This document shows positions 21,165 to 31,985 of a DNA stretch of 64,000 bases, piece by piece (the first letter of the stretch is position 1; the number at the start of each line of letters is the position of its first letter). The notes beneath the pieces were generated by a model that searched no databases, was not told the DNA's origin, and saw only the letters and a list, made by a program, of their open reading frames with translations. Origin of the DNA: Acidimicrobiales bacterium (GTDB lineage: Bacteria > Actinomycetota > Acidimicrobiia > Acidimicrobiales > RAAP-2); NCBI GenBank assembly GCA_035948855.1, contig DASZIT010000052.1, forward strand, positions 28,560 through 92,559. Direction: 5' to 3'. The translations under genes were made by a program, and so were the position numbers.

Positions 21165-22553
21165 TCACGAAGTGGCCAGGAAGACGTTCTTGACGTCGCT
21201 GTAGGCATCCAACGCCTCCAGACCCAGCTCCCGGCCGAAACCGGACTGCTTCATCCCACCGAAGCTGGTCTGCACCCGGACCGAGCCGTTGGAGTTCACC
21301 GAGAGGTTCCCGGCGTCGACGGCGCGGGCCATCCGCAGGGCTTTGGCCCCGTCACCGGTCCAGATGGACCCGGCCAACCCGTAGAGGGTGTCGTTGGCCA
21401 ACCTCACCGCGTCAGCCTCGTCGTCGAAGGGAATCACCGCCACCACCGGACCGAAGATCTCCTCGCGGGCCAGGCGCCATTCCGGCTGGGCCGGGGCAAC
21501 CACGGTCGGCGGGAACCAGAACCCCGGACCGGCAGGCAGGCGGCCGATGGCGCATGGCACCACCGCCCCTCGATCAGGGTCACCCATGCCGGCCCCGAGA
21601 AACCCCGCCACCACCTCACGCCGACCGGCCGACGCCAGTGGCCCCATCTCGGTTTCGGGGTCAGTGGGGTCGCCCACCCGCCAGGCTTCGACGGCCTGGA
21701 CGAACAGGGTCAGGAATCGGTCGAACACCGACCGTTCGACCAATATCCGGCTGCGGGCACAGCAGTCCTGGCCGGCGTTGCCGAAGACGCTGCCCGGCGC
21801 GGCCGCCGCCGCCCGCTCGAGGTCGGCGTCGGCGAACACGATGTTGGCCGATTTCCCTCCCAGCTCGAGAGTCACCCGCTTGATGGTCCCGGCCGCGGCC
21901 CGCATGACTTCCCGTCCGACGGCCGTCGAGCCGGTGAACGCCACTTTCGCCACCTCGGGATGCTTGGCCAGCCGGGCTCCGACGGTCGGGCCGGCACCCA
22001 CCACTACCTGGAGCACCCCCTCGGGGATACCGGCATCGAGCGCCAGTTCGGCCAGGCGCAGGGCGGAAAGCGGCGTCAGCTCCGCCGGTTTCACCACGAT
22101 GGTGTTGCCGGTGGCGAGGGCGGGGCCGACCTTCCAGGAGGTAATGGCGGCCGGAAAGTTCCAGGGAATGATGGCGGCAACCACGCCCAGGGGCTCGTGG
22201 AAGGTGAGGTCGACTCCCCCGGCCACCGGGACGGTGGCGCCCCGGTGCTTGTCCACCGCGCCGGCGTAGAAGTGGAGCACCTCCGCGACCATGCCGACTT
22301 CCCCCCGGCTGTCGGTGATGGGCTTCCCGACGTTGGCCGTCTCGAGCTGAGCGAGTTCCTCGGCGTGGTCCTCGACCTCGGCGGCGAACCGTCGCATCAC
22401 CCGGGCACGATCGGCCGGGGCCAGCGCCCGCCATGCCGGTCCGGCCTCCCGGGCCCGGGCCACCGCGCCATCGGTCTCCTCGATGCCGGCCATCGACACC
22501 GTGGCGATCACACTCTCCGTCGCCGGGTTGACCACCGCATACTTGTCGCTCAT
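21165..22553 (-). CDS. NAD-dependent aldehyde dehydrogenase
   Basis: MSDKYAVVNPATESVIA..., FTGSTAVGREV, ELGGKSANIVF and catalytic Cys in GQDCCARSR. ATG at 22553. Confidence 0.9.
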   Translation of the reverse strand: MSDKYAVVNPATESVIATVSMAGIEETDGAVARAREAGPAWRALAPADRARVMRRFAAEVEDHAEELAQLETANVGKPITDSRGEVGMVAEVLHFYAGAVDKHRGATVPVAGGVDLTFHEPLGVVAAIIPWNFPAAITSWKVGPALATGNTIVVKPAELTPLSALRLAELALDAGIPEGVLQVVVGAGPTVGARLAKHPEVAKVAFTGSTAVGREVMRAAAGTIKRVTLELGGKSANIVFADADLERAAAAAPGSVFGNAGQDCCARSRILVERSVFDRFLTLFVQAVEAWRVGDPTDPETEMGPLASAGRREVVAGFLGAGMGDPDRGAVVPCAIGRLPAGPGFWFPPTVVAPAQPEWRLAREEIFGPVVAVIPFDDEADAVRLANDTLYGLAGSIWTGDGAKALRMARAVDAGNLSVNSNGSVRVQTSFGGMKQSGFGRELGLEALDAYSDVKNVFLATS

Positions 22554-22683
22554 CCCCGCTCCGGAGTTCGGCGGGGTTCCGATGCGAGGGCTCCTCCCGG
22601 TACGGGCATGGCCCAGTATCCCATTCTCGACGGGGTGCCAGTAGCGTGCGGACCTACTATCCCTGCACATCACGGAGAACTCG

Positions 22684-23460
22684 ATGGCTCGTCTGGACGG
22701 CAAGGTTGCGGTGATCACCGGAGCCGGAAGCGGCATCGGCCGGATGGCGGCGCTCCTGTTTGCCGCCGAAGGGGCGAAGGTGGTGGTGGCCGATGTGGTG
22801 GGCGACCACGCCGAGTCGGTGACCGGCGAGATCGTCGCGGCCGGCGGCTCGGCGCTGGCCGTCACCGTCGACGTCTCGAACGAATCACAGGTGGATGCCA
22901 TGGTGGCGGCGGCCGTCGATGGCTACGGCGGGCTCCAGGTGCTGTTCAACAACGCCGGGATCTTCCCCGATGACGACGGTGGGGTCCTCGACACCCCGCC
23001 GGAAACCTGGCAGCGGGTGATGGAGGTCAACCTGAAGGGGGTGTGGCTGGGTTGCCGGGCGGCGGTGCCGGCCATGCTGGCCTCCGGCGGCGGCTCCATC
23101 ATCAACGTCGCCTCGTTCGTCGCCCTGATGGGAGCGGCCACCGCCCAGATCGCCTACACCGCTTCGAAGGGCGGCGTCCTGGCCATGACCCGGGAGCTGG
23201 CGGTGGAGTATGCCCGACAGGGGATCCGGGCCAACTCGCTCTGCCCGGGACCCATCGAGACCCCGTTGCTGGCCGAGCTGCTGGCCGACCCCGAACGCCG
23301 CCAGCGCCGTCTGGTCCACATCCCGATCGGCCGTTTCGGCCGACCCGAAGAGATCGCCAAGGCGGCCCTGTTTCTGGCCTCCGACGACGCGTCCTTCATC
23401 ACCGGATCGGCACTGGTGGTCGACGGTGGCATCACCGCCGCCTACGTGACACCCGAGTAG
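22684..23460 (+). CDS. SDR-family oxidoreductase
   Basis: KVAVITGAGSGIGR, NNAG and YTASKGGV (YxxxK). Confidence 0.9.
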   Translation: MARLDGKVAVITGAGSGIGRMAALLFAAEGAKVVVADVVGDHAESVTGEIVAAGGSALAVTVDVSNESQVDAMVAAAVDGYGGLQVLFNNAGIFPDDDGGVLDTPPETWQRVMEVNLKGVWLGCRAAVPAMLASGGGSIINVASFVALMGAATAQIAYTASKGGVLAMTRELAVEYARQGIRANSLCPGPIETPLLAELLADPERRQRRLVHIPIGRFGRPEEIAKAALFLASDDASFITGSALVVDGGITAAYVTPE

Positions 23461-23498
23461 GGCTGGACGGGCGGGCCAGCCTGGGTCAAAGTGCTGAG

Positions 23499-24866
23499 GT
23501 GCTGACCCTCGAAACCCTCCCCCGACAGATTCAATCGGGTGACATCCACACGGTGCTGGTGGCCTTCCCCGATCTCCAGGGACGTCCCGTCGGGAAGCGG
23601 GTCACCGCGCCGTTCTTCCTCGAGCACGTCATCGACCACGGGATCGAAGTCTGCGACTATCTGTTGGCCGTCGACGTGGACATGGAGCCGCTTCCCGGAT
23701 ACCGGTTCGCCAACTGGGACAACGGCTACGGCGACCTGCACGCAGTCATCGACCCGCACACCGTCCGGACGATCCCCTGGCTCCCGGGCAGCGCGCTGGT
23801 CCTCTGTGACCTCTTGACCCTGGACGGCGAGCCGGTGGAAGTGTCGCCCCGCCGCATCCTCCAGCGACAACTCGAGCGGGCGGCGGAGCGCGGGCTGGAG
23901 ATCAAGTGCGCCACCGAGCTCGAGTTCTATCTCTTCCTCGACACCTACGCGGAGGCGACGGCCAAGCACTGGCAGGGGATCATTCCGCATGCCGACACCA
24001 TCGAGGACTACCAGCTGCTGCAGACATCCCGGGTCGAGCCGATCATCGGCCAGATCCGCAATCAGATGCTGACCGCCGGCATCCCCATCGAGTTCTCCAA
24101 GGGAGAGGCCGGGACCGGACAGCACGAGATCAACATCACCTACGGCGGCGCCCTGGAGGTCGCCGACCGCCACCTGGTGTTCAAGAACGGGGTGAAGGAG
24201 ATCGCCTCCCAGCACGGCCGGGCCGCCACCTTCATGGCCAAGTGGTCGATGGCCCACGCCGGTTCGTCGTGCCACCTCCACACCAGCCTGTGGGACGCAA
24301 CCTCGGGTGCCCCGCTGATGGCCCCGGCCGATGACCGCACCACCTCCTCGGGGTTCTCGAAGGTCGGCGAGCAATTTCTCGCCGGGCAGCTCCACAGCGC
24401 CGGCCAGCTGGCCTGGTGCTTCGCTCCCTACGTCAACTCGTACCGACGGTATGTCCCCGACTCGTGGGCGCCGACCGCCATCGTCTGGGGAGAGGACAAC
24501 CGCACCTGCGGATTCCGGGCGGTGGGCACCGGGCCCGGGCGACGGATCGAGAGCCGGGTTCCGGGGGCGGACGTGAACCCCTACATCGCCCTGGCCGGGT
24601 CGATCGCCGCCGGGTTGTGGGGCGTCGAGCACGAGCTCGAGCTCGAACCCGCCTTCGAGGGCAACGCCTATGCCGCGCCCGAGGTCACCCGGCTCCCGTC
24701 GACCTTGCCGGAAGCCATCGACAAGCTGGCCTCCAGCGAAGTGGCGTTGGAGGCCTTCGGCCCGGACGTCCATCACCACCTGCTCAACACCGCCCGCCAG
24801 GAGTGGAGGAAGGCCAATACGGTGGTCACCGACTGGGAGCTGGCCCGCAACTTCGAGCGCATCTGA
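23499..24866 (+). CDS. Glutamine synthetase-family gamma-glutamyl ligase (GlnA3/GlnA4/PuuA-like)
   Basis: EFSKGEAGTGQHEINI, HLHTSLW, NSYRRY and RIESRVPGADVNPY. GTG at 23499, the first start after the SDR stop. Confidence 0.85.
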   Translation: MLTLETLPRQIQSGDIHTVLVAFPDLQGRPVGKRVTAPFFLEHVIDHGIEVCDYLLAVDVDMEPLPGYRFANWDNGYGDLHAVIDPHTVRTIPWLPGSALVLCDLLTLDGEPVEVSPRRILQRQLERAAERGLEIKCATELEFYLFLDTYAEATAKHWQGIIPHADTIEDYQLLQTSRVEPIIGQIRNQMLTAGIPIEFSKGEAGTGQHEINITYGGALEVADRHLVFKNGVKEIASQHGRAATFMAKWSMAHAGSSCHLHTSLWDATSGAPLMAPADDRTTSSGFSKVGEQFLAGQLHSAGQLAWCFAPYVNSYRRYVPDSWAPTAIVWGEDNRTCGFRAVGTGPGRRIESRVPGADVNPYIALAGSIAAGLWGVEHELELEPAFEGNAYAAPEVTRLPSTLPEAIDKLASSEVALEAFGPDVHHHLLNTARQEWRKANTVVTDWELARNFERI

Positions 24867-24937
24867 GGGTGCTCCCGGGCTCAATCCGAAGCCGGACCGG
24901 CCCGTACCCCTTGACGAACCCCATCCGTCCTGCCACC

Positions 24938-24988
24938 ATGAAAGGCACTATGTATTGCACCTCGACCTCGGACCTCCTTCTCACCTGA
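24938..24988 (+). CDS. leuA leader peptide with three consecutive Leu codons
   Basis: atg aaa ggc act atg tat tgc acc tcg acc tcg gac CTC CTT CTC acc tga = MKGTMYCTSTSDLLLT. It is the tail of track ORF 24416..24988. It lies 143 nt upstream of leuA and 30 nt upstream of an intrinsic terminator. A second in-frame ATG lies at 24950. Confidence 0.55.
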   Translation: MKGTMYCTSTSDLLLT

Positions 24989-25018
24989 CGGCGAGCGCCC
25001 CATCGCGTTCGTCCGCAA

Positions 25019-25050
25019 CCTCCTGAGCCGAAAAGGCCAGGGGGTTTTTT
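25019..25050 (+). terminator. Rho-independent terminator/attenuator hairpin with U6 tract
   Basis: CCTCCTG(A)GCC-GAAAA-GGCCAGGGGG followed by TTTTTT (25045-25050). That is a 10-bp stem with one bulge. A T6 run is conspicuous in this GC-rich DNA. Confidence 0.7.
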
Positions 25051-25052
25051 GA

Positions 25053-26891
<1,839 letters not shown>

Positions 26892-26928
26892 CCGCCGACG
26901 TCGCGGGTATCGACGGTACGCTCCGCGG

Positions 26929-27237
26929 GTGGGACTCTTCGCGGTGACCACGGTCTTCGGGCCGAATTGGAACCCCTCGCTCTCACGCCGGGAGCAGCGC
27001 GGCTGGGATGGGCATGCAACGTTCATGGACGGACTGGTCGACGCCGGCTTCGTGTTCCTGGGTGGCCCGATCGGGGACAGTGACCGGAACCTGCTGGTGG
27101 TCGAGGCCGACGACGAGCACGAGATCGAGACGCGGATGGGCGAAGACCCCTGGGCATCGATGGGGTTGCTCCGCCTCGGGTCGATCGAGCCTTGGACGAT
27201 CTGGCTCGACGGCCGGAAACGCAGGCCCAGCCGCTGA
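26929..27237 (+). CDS. YciI-family protein
   Basis: About 100 aa. HATFMDGLVDAGFVFLGGPIGD...LLVVEADDEHEIETRMGEDPW is typical of the YCII fold. Confidence 0.75.
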   Translation: MGLFAVTTVFGPNWNPSLSRREQRGWDGHATFMDGLVDAGFVFLGGPIGDSDRNLLVVEADDEHEIETRMGEDPWASMGLLRLGSIEPWTIWLDGRKRRPSR

Positions 27238-27281
27238 CTCGGCACACGGCCATCTCGCCGTGCCGCGCCCCATGTGTGACG

Positions 27282-28151
27282 ATGGGGCGCATGGACGCGG
27301 AACGGGTGACTTTCGACGGCTTCGAGGGAGTGCACCTGGCGGCCGACGTCCGTGGTGAGCCGGACGCCTGGCCGGTGCTGTTCCTCCACGGCGGTGGTCA
27401 GACCCGGTATGCGTGGGGATCGACGGCGGAGACGGTGGCCGGGCAAGGATGGCGGACGGTTGCCCTCGACCTCCGGGGTCACGGCGACAGCGACTGGGCC
27501 CCCAACGGCGACTATTCGTTCACCGCCTTCTGCGCCGATGTAGTGGCGGTGGCCGACCAGTTGGGACGGCCGCCGGTGCTGGTGGGCGCTTCGTTGGGAG
27601 GGATGTCGGCCATGCTCGCCGAAGGGACCAGTGACCGCCCGGTCTCCAGCGGCCTGGTGCTGGTGGACATCACCCCCAAGGCCAACCCGGTCGGCATCAA
27701 CCGGATCAAGGATTTCATGTTGTCGGGCATCGATGGATTCGATTCCCTCGAGGACGCAGCCAAGGCGATCGCCGCCTACACCCCGCAGCGGACCCGGCAG
27801 GTCAACCCGACCGGCCTCATGAAGGTCCTGCGCCAGCGGGACGACCGCTGGTACTGGCACTGGGACCCGAAGTTCATCGGTCTGGACCGCACCGAGGTGG
27901 TGCCCGACCGTCTGGCCGGGCTGCTCGACGTGGCCATGAGCAATATCCACGTACCGACCATGCTGGTCCGGGGACTTCTCAGCGACGTCGTCACCCAGGA
28001 GGGTGTCGACGAACTGCTGGCCCAGATTCCCGGTGCCACCGTGGTCGATGTCGCCGGCGCGGCCCACATGATCGCCGGCGACCGGAACGACGCCTTCTCT
28101 GATGCGGTGATCGCGTTCCTGCAGGACCGCATCCGACCGCTGATCGGCTAG
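27282..28151 (+). CDS. Alpha/beta hydrolase
   Basis: VLFLHGGGQTRYAWG and nucleophile elbow LVGASLGGM. ATG at 27282. Confidence 0.85.
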   Translation: MGRMDAERVTFDGFEGVHLAADVRGEPDAWPVLFLHGGGQTRYAWGSTAETVAGQGWRTVALDLRGHGDSDWAPNGDYSFTAFCADVVAVADQLGRPPVLVGASLGGMSAMLAEGTSDRPVSSGLVLVDITPKANPVGINRIKDFMLSGIDGFDSLEDAAKAIAAYTPQRTRQVNPTGLMKVLRQRDDRWYWHWDPKFIGLDRTEVVPDRLAGLLDVAMSNIHVPTMLVRGLLSDVVTQEGVDELLAQIPGATVVDVAGAAHMIAGDRNDAFSDAVIAFLQDRIRPLIG

Positions 28152-28164
28152 TCGGGAGCGGGAT

Positions 28165-28992
28165 CTAGGCCAGCGCCTCGCCGAACTTCGACTGGTGCTC
28201 GGTCCACCAACGACGGCGGCGGTCGTAGCGCTCCCGGCCGCCCATCTCTGTCCACATCCGGATGAAGTTCGGGTCGCCCGCCTCGACTCGGCGTCGGACG
28301 AACTCTCCACCGTGCTCCATGGCTATGGCCAGGATCTGCACGAGCTCAACGCGCTGCTCATCGTCCAAGCCATAGACGTCGGCCACCAACCGAAGCCGCC
28401 GCGGCCGATCCGATGGTTCCCATCCCAGGCGGGAAGCACTCAGGTCGTCATCGATGGGAACGCACATGCGGGCAAACTGCGCCACGTCGTACACGGGTCG
28501 GCCCGGCGCGGCAAAATCAAAGTCGATCAACCCAACTGCGACCCCGTCCCGGAAGACCACGTTCTCGAGGCACACGTCGTTGTGACACACCACCGGCCCA
28601 CCGGCGGGGTCGGCCAGCTCGCCGCTCCACTCCAGTCCGGCGACGTCGACCTGACGTGACCCGTGGTGGAACGCCCGCATCAACTCGGCGATCGACCCCA
28701 ATACGTCGTCCGACTGTGCCCACGTCGGATAGGGAGGGAGCGGAACCTCGCCCTCGATGTACACCAGCCGCTCCCGGCCGTCCTCCTGGATCGTGACAGG
28801 CTGAGAAGCTCCCTCGAACCCGGCCGCGCCCAATGCTGACAAGAATTCGTGGATGGATGGCGAGTAGGGATTCGAGGGCCGGAGGACGTGATCGTTCTCC
28901 CTGGAGACCTGCCCGGCATTGGCGACTCCTCCCGCCAGCGGTTCTTCCACCCCCTGCCGGTGGCTCTCGGCACCGCTGGGACCGTCAGTCAC
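28165..28992 (-). CDS. Phosphotransferase-family kinase (APH/choline-kinase fold)
   Basis: Catalytic loop VVCHNDVCLENVVF and Mg-binding LIDFDFAAPG. The GTG start overlaps the vapC stop (GTGA at 28989-28992). Confidence 0.8.
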   Translation of the reverse strand: MTDGPSGAESHRQGVEEPLAGGVANAGQVSRENDHVLRPSNPYSPSIHEFLSALGAAGFEGASQPVTIQEDGRERLVYIEGEVPLPPYPTWAQSDDVLGSIAELMRAFHHGSRQVDVAGLEWSGELADPAGGPVVCHNDVCLENVVFRDGVAVGLIDFDFAAPGRPVYDVAQFARMCVPIDDDLSASRLGWEPSDRPRRLRLVADVYGLDDEQRVELVQILAIAMEHGGEFVRRRVEAGDPNFIRMWTEMGGRERYDRRRRWWTEHQSKFGEALA

Positions 28993-29402
28993 ACCGCGAT
29001 GACTTGAACAAGGGATTCAAGGTCCCGGAAGTCGTCGGGATTGCGGGTGTAGAGCGGGAGACCAACGGCACACGCCGTGGCAGCAATGAGGAGATCGACG
29101 GCCCGGGCTCCTCGTGGCTTTCGCCCCCCGGAGATGACCGCCGCGTACACCCTTCCGTAGGCACGGCATGCCTCACCGTCGAAGGGAAGCGGGTCGAATG
29201 CCGCCTCTGCACGTTGCAGTCGATCCTGTCGGCGCGCCCGCTCGTCATCGTCATCGGTGGCGTGCGAACCGGCTGCGAGCTCGGCCATGGTGATCGAACT
29301 GATGGCGAGCTCGACTGGGAGTTGGCCAGACTGCAGTTTCTCCAGGTCGATGACCACCGACGTGTCGATGACGCCACGTTGCGGGCGATCCTTCTCAGGC
29401 AC
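28989..29402 (-). CDS. vapC: PIN-domain toxin (VapC-type ribonuclease)
   Basis: GVIDTSVVIDL, ITMAELA, VDLLIAATA and LYTRNPDDF supply the conserved PIN acidic residues. GTG at 29402 overlaps the antitoxin stop by 8 nt. Confidence 0.85.
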   Translation of the reverse strand: MPEKDRPQRGVIDTSVVIDLEKLQSGQLPVELAISSITMAELAAGSHATDDDDERARRQDRLQRAEAAFDPLPFDGEACRAYGRVYAAVISGGRKPRGARAVDLLIAATACAVGLPLYTRNPDDFRDLESLVQVIAV

Positions 29403-29658
29403 GGGGCTCGACCTCCTGGGAAGCCACCCGGTCAAGGTCGGAGCGGAATCGTCCGAGATCCACACTTGGTGCGTTCTGGAACATCGCGATTGCCGCGGCT
29501 GCGCTCACAAACCGATGCCTTCGCAGCGGAGTCAATTCCCCTACTGGCACGCCATTTCGGGTCACCACGAACGTTTCGCCTTGATCCAGCTCGCGCATGA
29601 TTTCGCCGCTGTCGTTTCGCAGTTGCCGTTGAGTGATTTCCTTCGCCATGACGGGCAT
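29395..29658 (-). CDS. Type II antitoxin (Phd/YefM-like)
   Basis: MAKEITQRQLRNDSGEIMRELDQGETFVVTRNGVPVGEL. The start is ATG 29658 or, more likely, ATG 29649. Confidence 0.8.
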   Translation of the reverse strand: MPVMAKEITQRQLRNDSGEIMRELDQGETFVVTRNGVPVGELTPLRRHRFVSAAAAIAMFQNAPSVDLGRFRSDLDRVASQEVEPRA

Positions 29659-29679
29659 TGTAGCACGGCGTGCTACAAT
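29657..29679. promoter_or_regulatory. Perfect 10-bp inverted repeat with embedded TACAAT: TA-module operator/promoter
   Basis: ATTGTAGCAC-ggc-GTGCTACAAT. On the minus strand TACAAT (29662-29657) sits 7 nt upstream of ATG 29649, which is compatible with a leaderless antitoxin mRNA. Confidence 0.55.
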
Positions 29680-29729
29680 GGCGATCCTCTCTGCGCGGTC
29701 AGTTTCGGTGCGGCCGCGCGGCTGATTTG

Positions 29730-30392
29730 TCAGTCGCGGCCCAGGACCTCCGCCTCCCTGGCCGCAGAGCGGGATCGGACCAACTCCAGGATCTCGGGCG
29801 GGGCCTTGGACGGAGCCCCGGCGTCAAAGGGAGGCTGCGGGTCGTATTCGATGCCCAGTTGGATGGCCTGAGCGATGGCCGGACCGTGGGTTTCGGCCAC
29901 CAGGGTCAGAGCCAGGTCGATGCCGGCGGAGACACCAGCCGCCGTCCATATCTTCCCGCGATGCACGACCCGTTCTTCGGTGGGCGTGGCCCCGTACTTG
30001 GCCAACTCGTCATAGGCGTACCAGTGGGTAGTGGCATCGAGTCCGTCGAGAAGGCCGCCGGCGCCGAGTATCAATGCGCCGGTGCACACCGAGGTGGTGT
30101 ATGTGGTGCGGGGATGTACCGCTTTCACCCAGTCGACGATGGGATCGCCATCCCGAGCCAGCCGGCGGGTGATGAAGCCTCCGGGCACGACCACGATGTC
30201 GGGCGCGCCGACGTCATCGAACCGGTGGTCGATGTGCAGACGCAACAGACCGATGTCATCGGCCAGTTCCCCCGTCTTGGCCGCGCACACAACGACCTCA
30301 GCGTCGGGTAGCTGGGTGAACACCTGATAGGGACCGATGGCGTCGAGGGCGGTGAAGCCCGGGAACAAGCCGATGGCGATCTGCATCCGCAA
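29730..30392 (-). CDS. DJ-1/PfpI-family protein
   Basis: IAIGLFPGFTALDAIGPYQVF and nucleophile elbow TSVCTGALILGAGGLLDG. Confidence 0.85.
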   Translation of the reverse strand: MRMQIAIGLFPGFTALDAIGPYQVFTQLPDAEVVVCAAKTGELADDIGLLRLHIDHRFDDVGAPDIVVVPGGFITRRLARDGDPIVDWVKAVHPRTTYTTSVCTGALILGAGGLLDGLDATTHWYAYDELAKYGATPTEERVVHRGKIWTAAGVSAGIDLALTLVAETHGPAIAQAIQLGIEYDPQPPFDAGAPSKAPPEILELVRSRSAAREAEVLGRD

Positions 30393-30459
30393 CTTCCTCG
30401 CTTCCGTCTGGGTCAGAACCTACAGTTTGGCTCATCGACGCCGTAGCTTGGGGTTGGCC

Positions 30460-31401
30460 ATGAGTACTTCCGAGGTGGATTCCGGTTCCCTCGACCCACC
30501 CCGGGTCGAGGAGGTGAGCGAGGGTATTTTTGCCTACATCCAGCCGGATGGGAGTTGGTACATCAACAACACCGGCTTCCTGGTCGGCAGCCGTGGCGTG
30601 ATCAGCATCGACTCGTGTTCGACCGAACGACGCACTCGCGCCTACCTGGATGCCATTGCCCGTAGAACCGATCAACCGGTCCGGACCTTGCTCAATACCC
30701 ACCATCACGGGGACCACACCCACGGCAACTACCTGTTCGACGGGGCTACCATCGTGGCCCACGAGTGGTGCCGGCGGGAGATGATCGCCACCGGCCTTCC
30801 GGCCAACGTGGGGGTCTGGACCGATGTGGAGTGGGGTGCCCTGGAGGTGGCTCCCCCGTTCCTCACCTACCAGCACGAGGTCGCGGTGTGGGTGGACGAC
30901 ATGCGCTGCGAACTCCGCCACGTGGGATCTCCGGCCCACACCACCAACGACTCCATCGTCTGGATACCCGAGCGCTCGGTGCTCTTCTCCGGGGACCTGC
31001 TGTTCAACGATTGCACCCCCTTCGTCCTGATGGGGTCGGTCACCGGAGCCATCGACGTCCTCCAGACCGTGCTCAAGCCCCTGCATGCCAGCACCATCGT
31101 GCCCGGACACGGACCGGTCGGCGGTCCGGGGCTGATCGACGACGCGCTCGCCTATCTGCGGTTCGTCCTCGCCACCGCCGAAGCCGGGTTGGGGGCCGGA
31201 CTCTCCCCACTGGCCGCCGCCCAGGCCGCCGATCTCGGTCCCTTTGCTGAGCTTCTCGACTCCGAGCGCATCGTCGGCAACCTGCACCGGGCGTATGCCG
31301 AGCTCAACGGTGCGGCGCCGGGCTCCCCGGTTGACCTCCTGGCCGCCATCGGCGACATGATCACCTTCAATGGAGGACGCCCCCTCACCTGCCTGGCCTG
31401 A
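30460..31401 (+). CDS. MBL-fold metallo-hydrolase
   Basis: LLNTHHHGDHTHGN (HxHxDH), plus downstream PGHG. ATG at 30460. Confidence 0.85.
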   Translation: MSTSEVDSGSLDPPRVEEVSEGIFAYIQPDGSWYINNTGFLVGSRGVISIDSCSTERRTRAYLDAIARRTDQPVRTLLNTHHHGDHTHGNYLFDGATIVAHEWCRREMIATGLPANVGVWTDVEWGALEVAPPFLTYQHEVAVWVDDMRCELRHVGSPAHTTNDSIVWIPERSVLFSGDLLFNDCTPFVLMGSVTGAIDVLQTVLKPLHASTIVPGHGPVGGPGLIDDALAYLRFVLATAEAGLGAGLSPLAAAQAADLGPFAELLDSERIVGNLHRAYAELNGAAPGSPVDLLAAIGDMITFNGGRPLTCLA

Positions 31402-31414
31402 ACGCCTGCGGGCA

Positions 31415-31939
31415 TCACCAGCCGACGGCGCCGTCGACCAGTTCCCGGATCAGATCCGCGTGGCCGTTGTGTCGGGCATATTCCTCGATCATGTGCACGT
31501 ATATCCACCGAAGCGAACACGGCGCCCCCTGGCGGAGTCCGGTGTCCTCGAGGCTGTGGTCGGCCGCCGACACGCGGCTGGATTTGCACTCGGCCTGCCA
31601 GGCGGACAGATCCGCTTCCCAGTCGGCGTCCTCGAGGGATCCGAAGCTTCCCTCCTCGGTCAGCGTCGGCCAGATCCGGGGGGTGTCTGGCTCCCGTCGT
31701 AGCACTCTTTGGAACCAATTCCGTTCGACTTCGGCCATGTGGCGGACCAGACCGTGCAACGAGAGGATGGACGTTGGCACCGGTTGGGACTTCCGGTCGT
31801 GGTCATCGAGACCCTCGCACTTGAGCAGCAAGGTGGTTCGGTGGAACTCGAGCCAGCCTTCGAGCATCTCCCGTTCGCCGGCGACCACGTAAGGCGGTTC
31901 GGTCCGGCGCGGATCCGACAGCTCCTCGTTCATCGGCAA
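31415..31939 (-). CDS. DinB-family protein (DUF664/mycothiol-transferase-like)
   Basis: REMLEGWLEFHRTTLLLKCEGL, LVRHMAEVERNWF and YARHNGHADLIRE. Confidence 0.85.
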   Translation of the reverse strand: MPMNEELSDPRRTEPPYVVAGEREMLEGWLEFHRTTLLLKCEGLDDHDRKSQPVPTSILSLHGLVRHMAEVERNWFQRVLRREPDTPRIWPTLTEEGSFGSLEDADWEADLSAWQAECKSSRVSAADHSLEDTGLRQGAPCSLRWIYVHMIEEYARHNGHADLIRELVDGAVGW

Positions 31940-31985
31940 ACCCTCCTGGTCAGGTTGGCTCGGGCCCGTCGATCCAGGGTGACGG

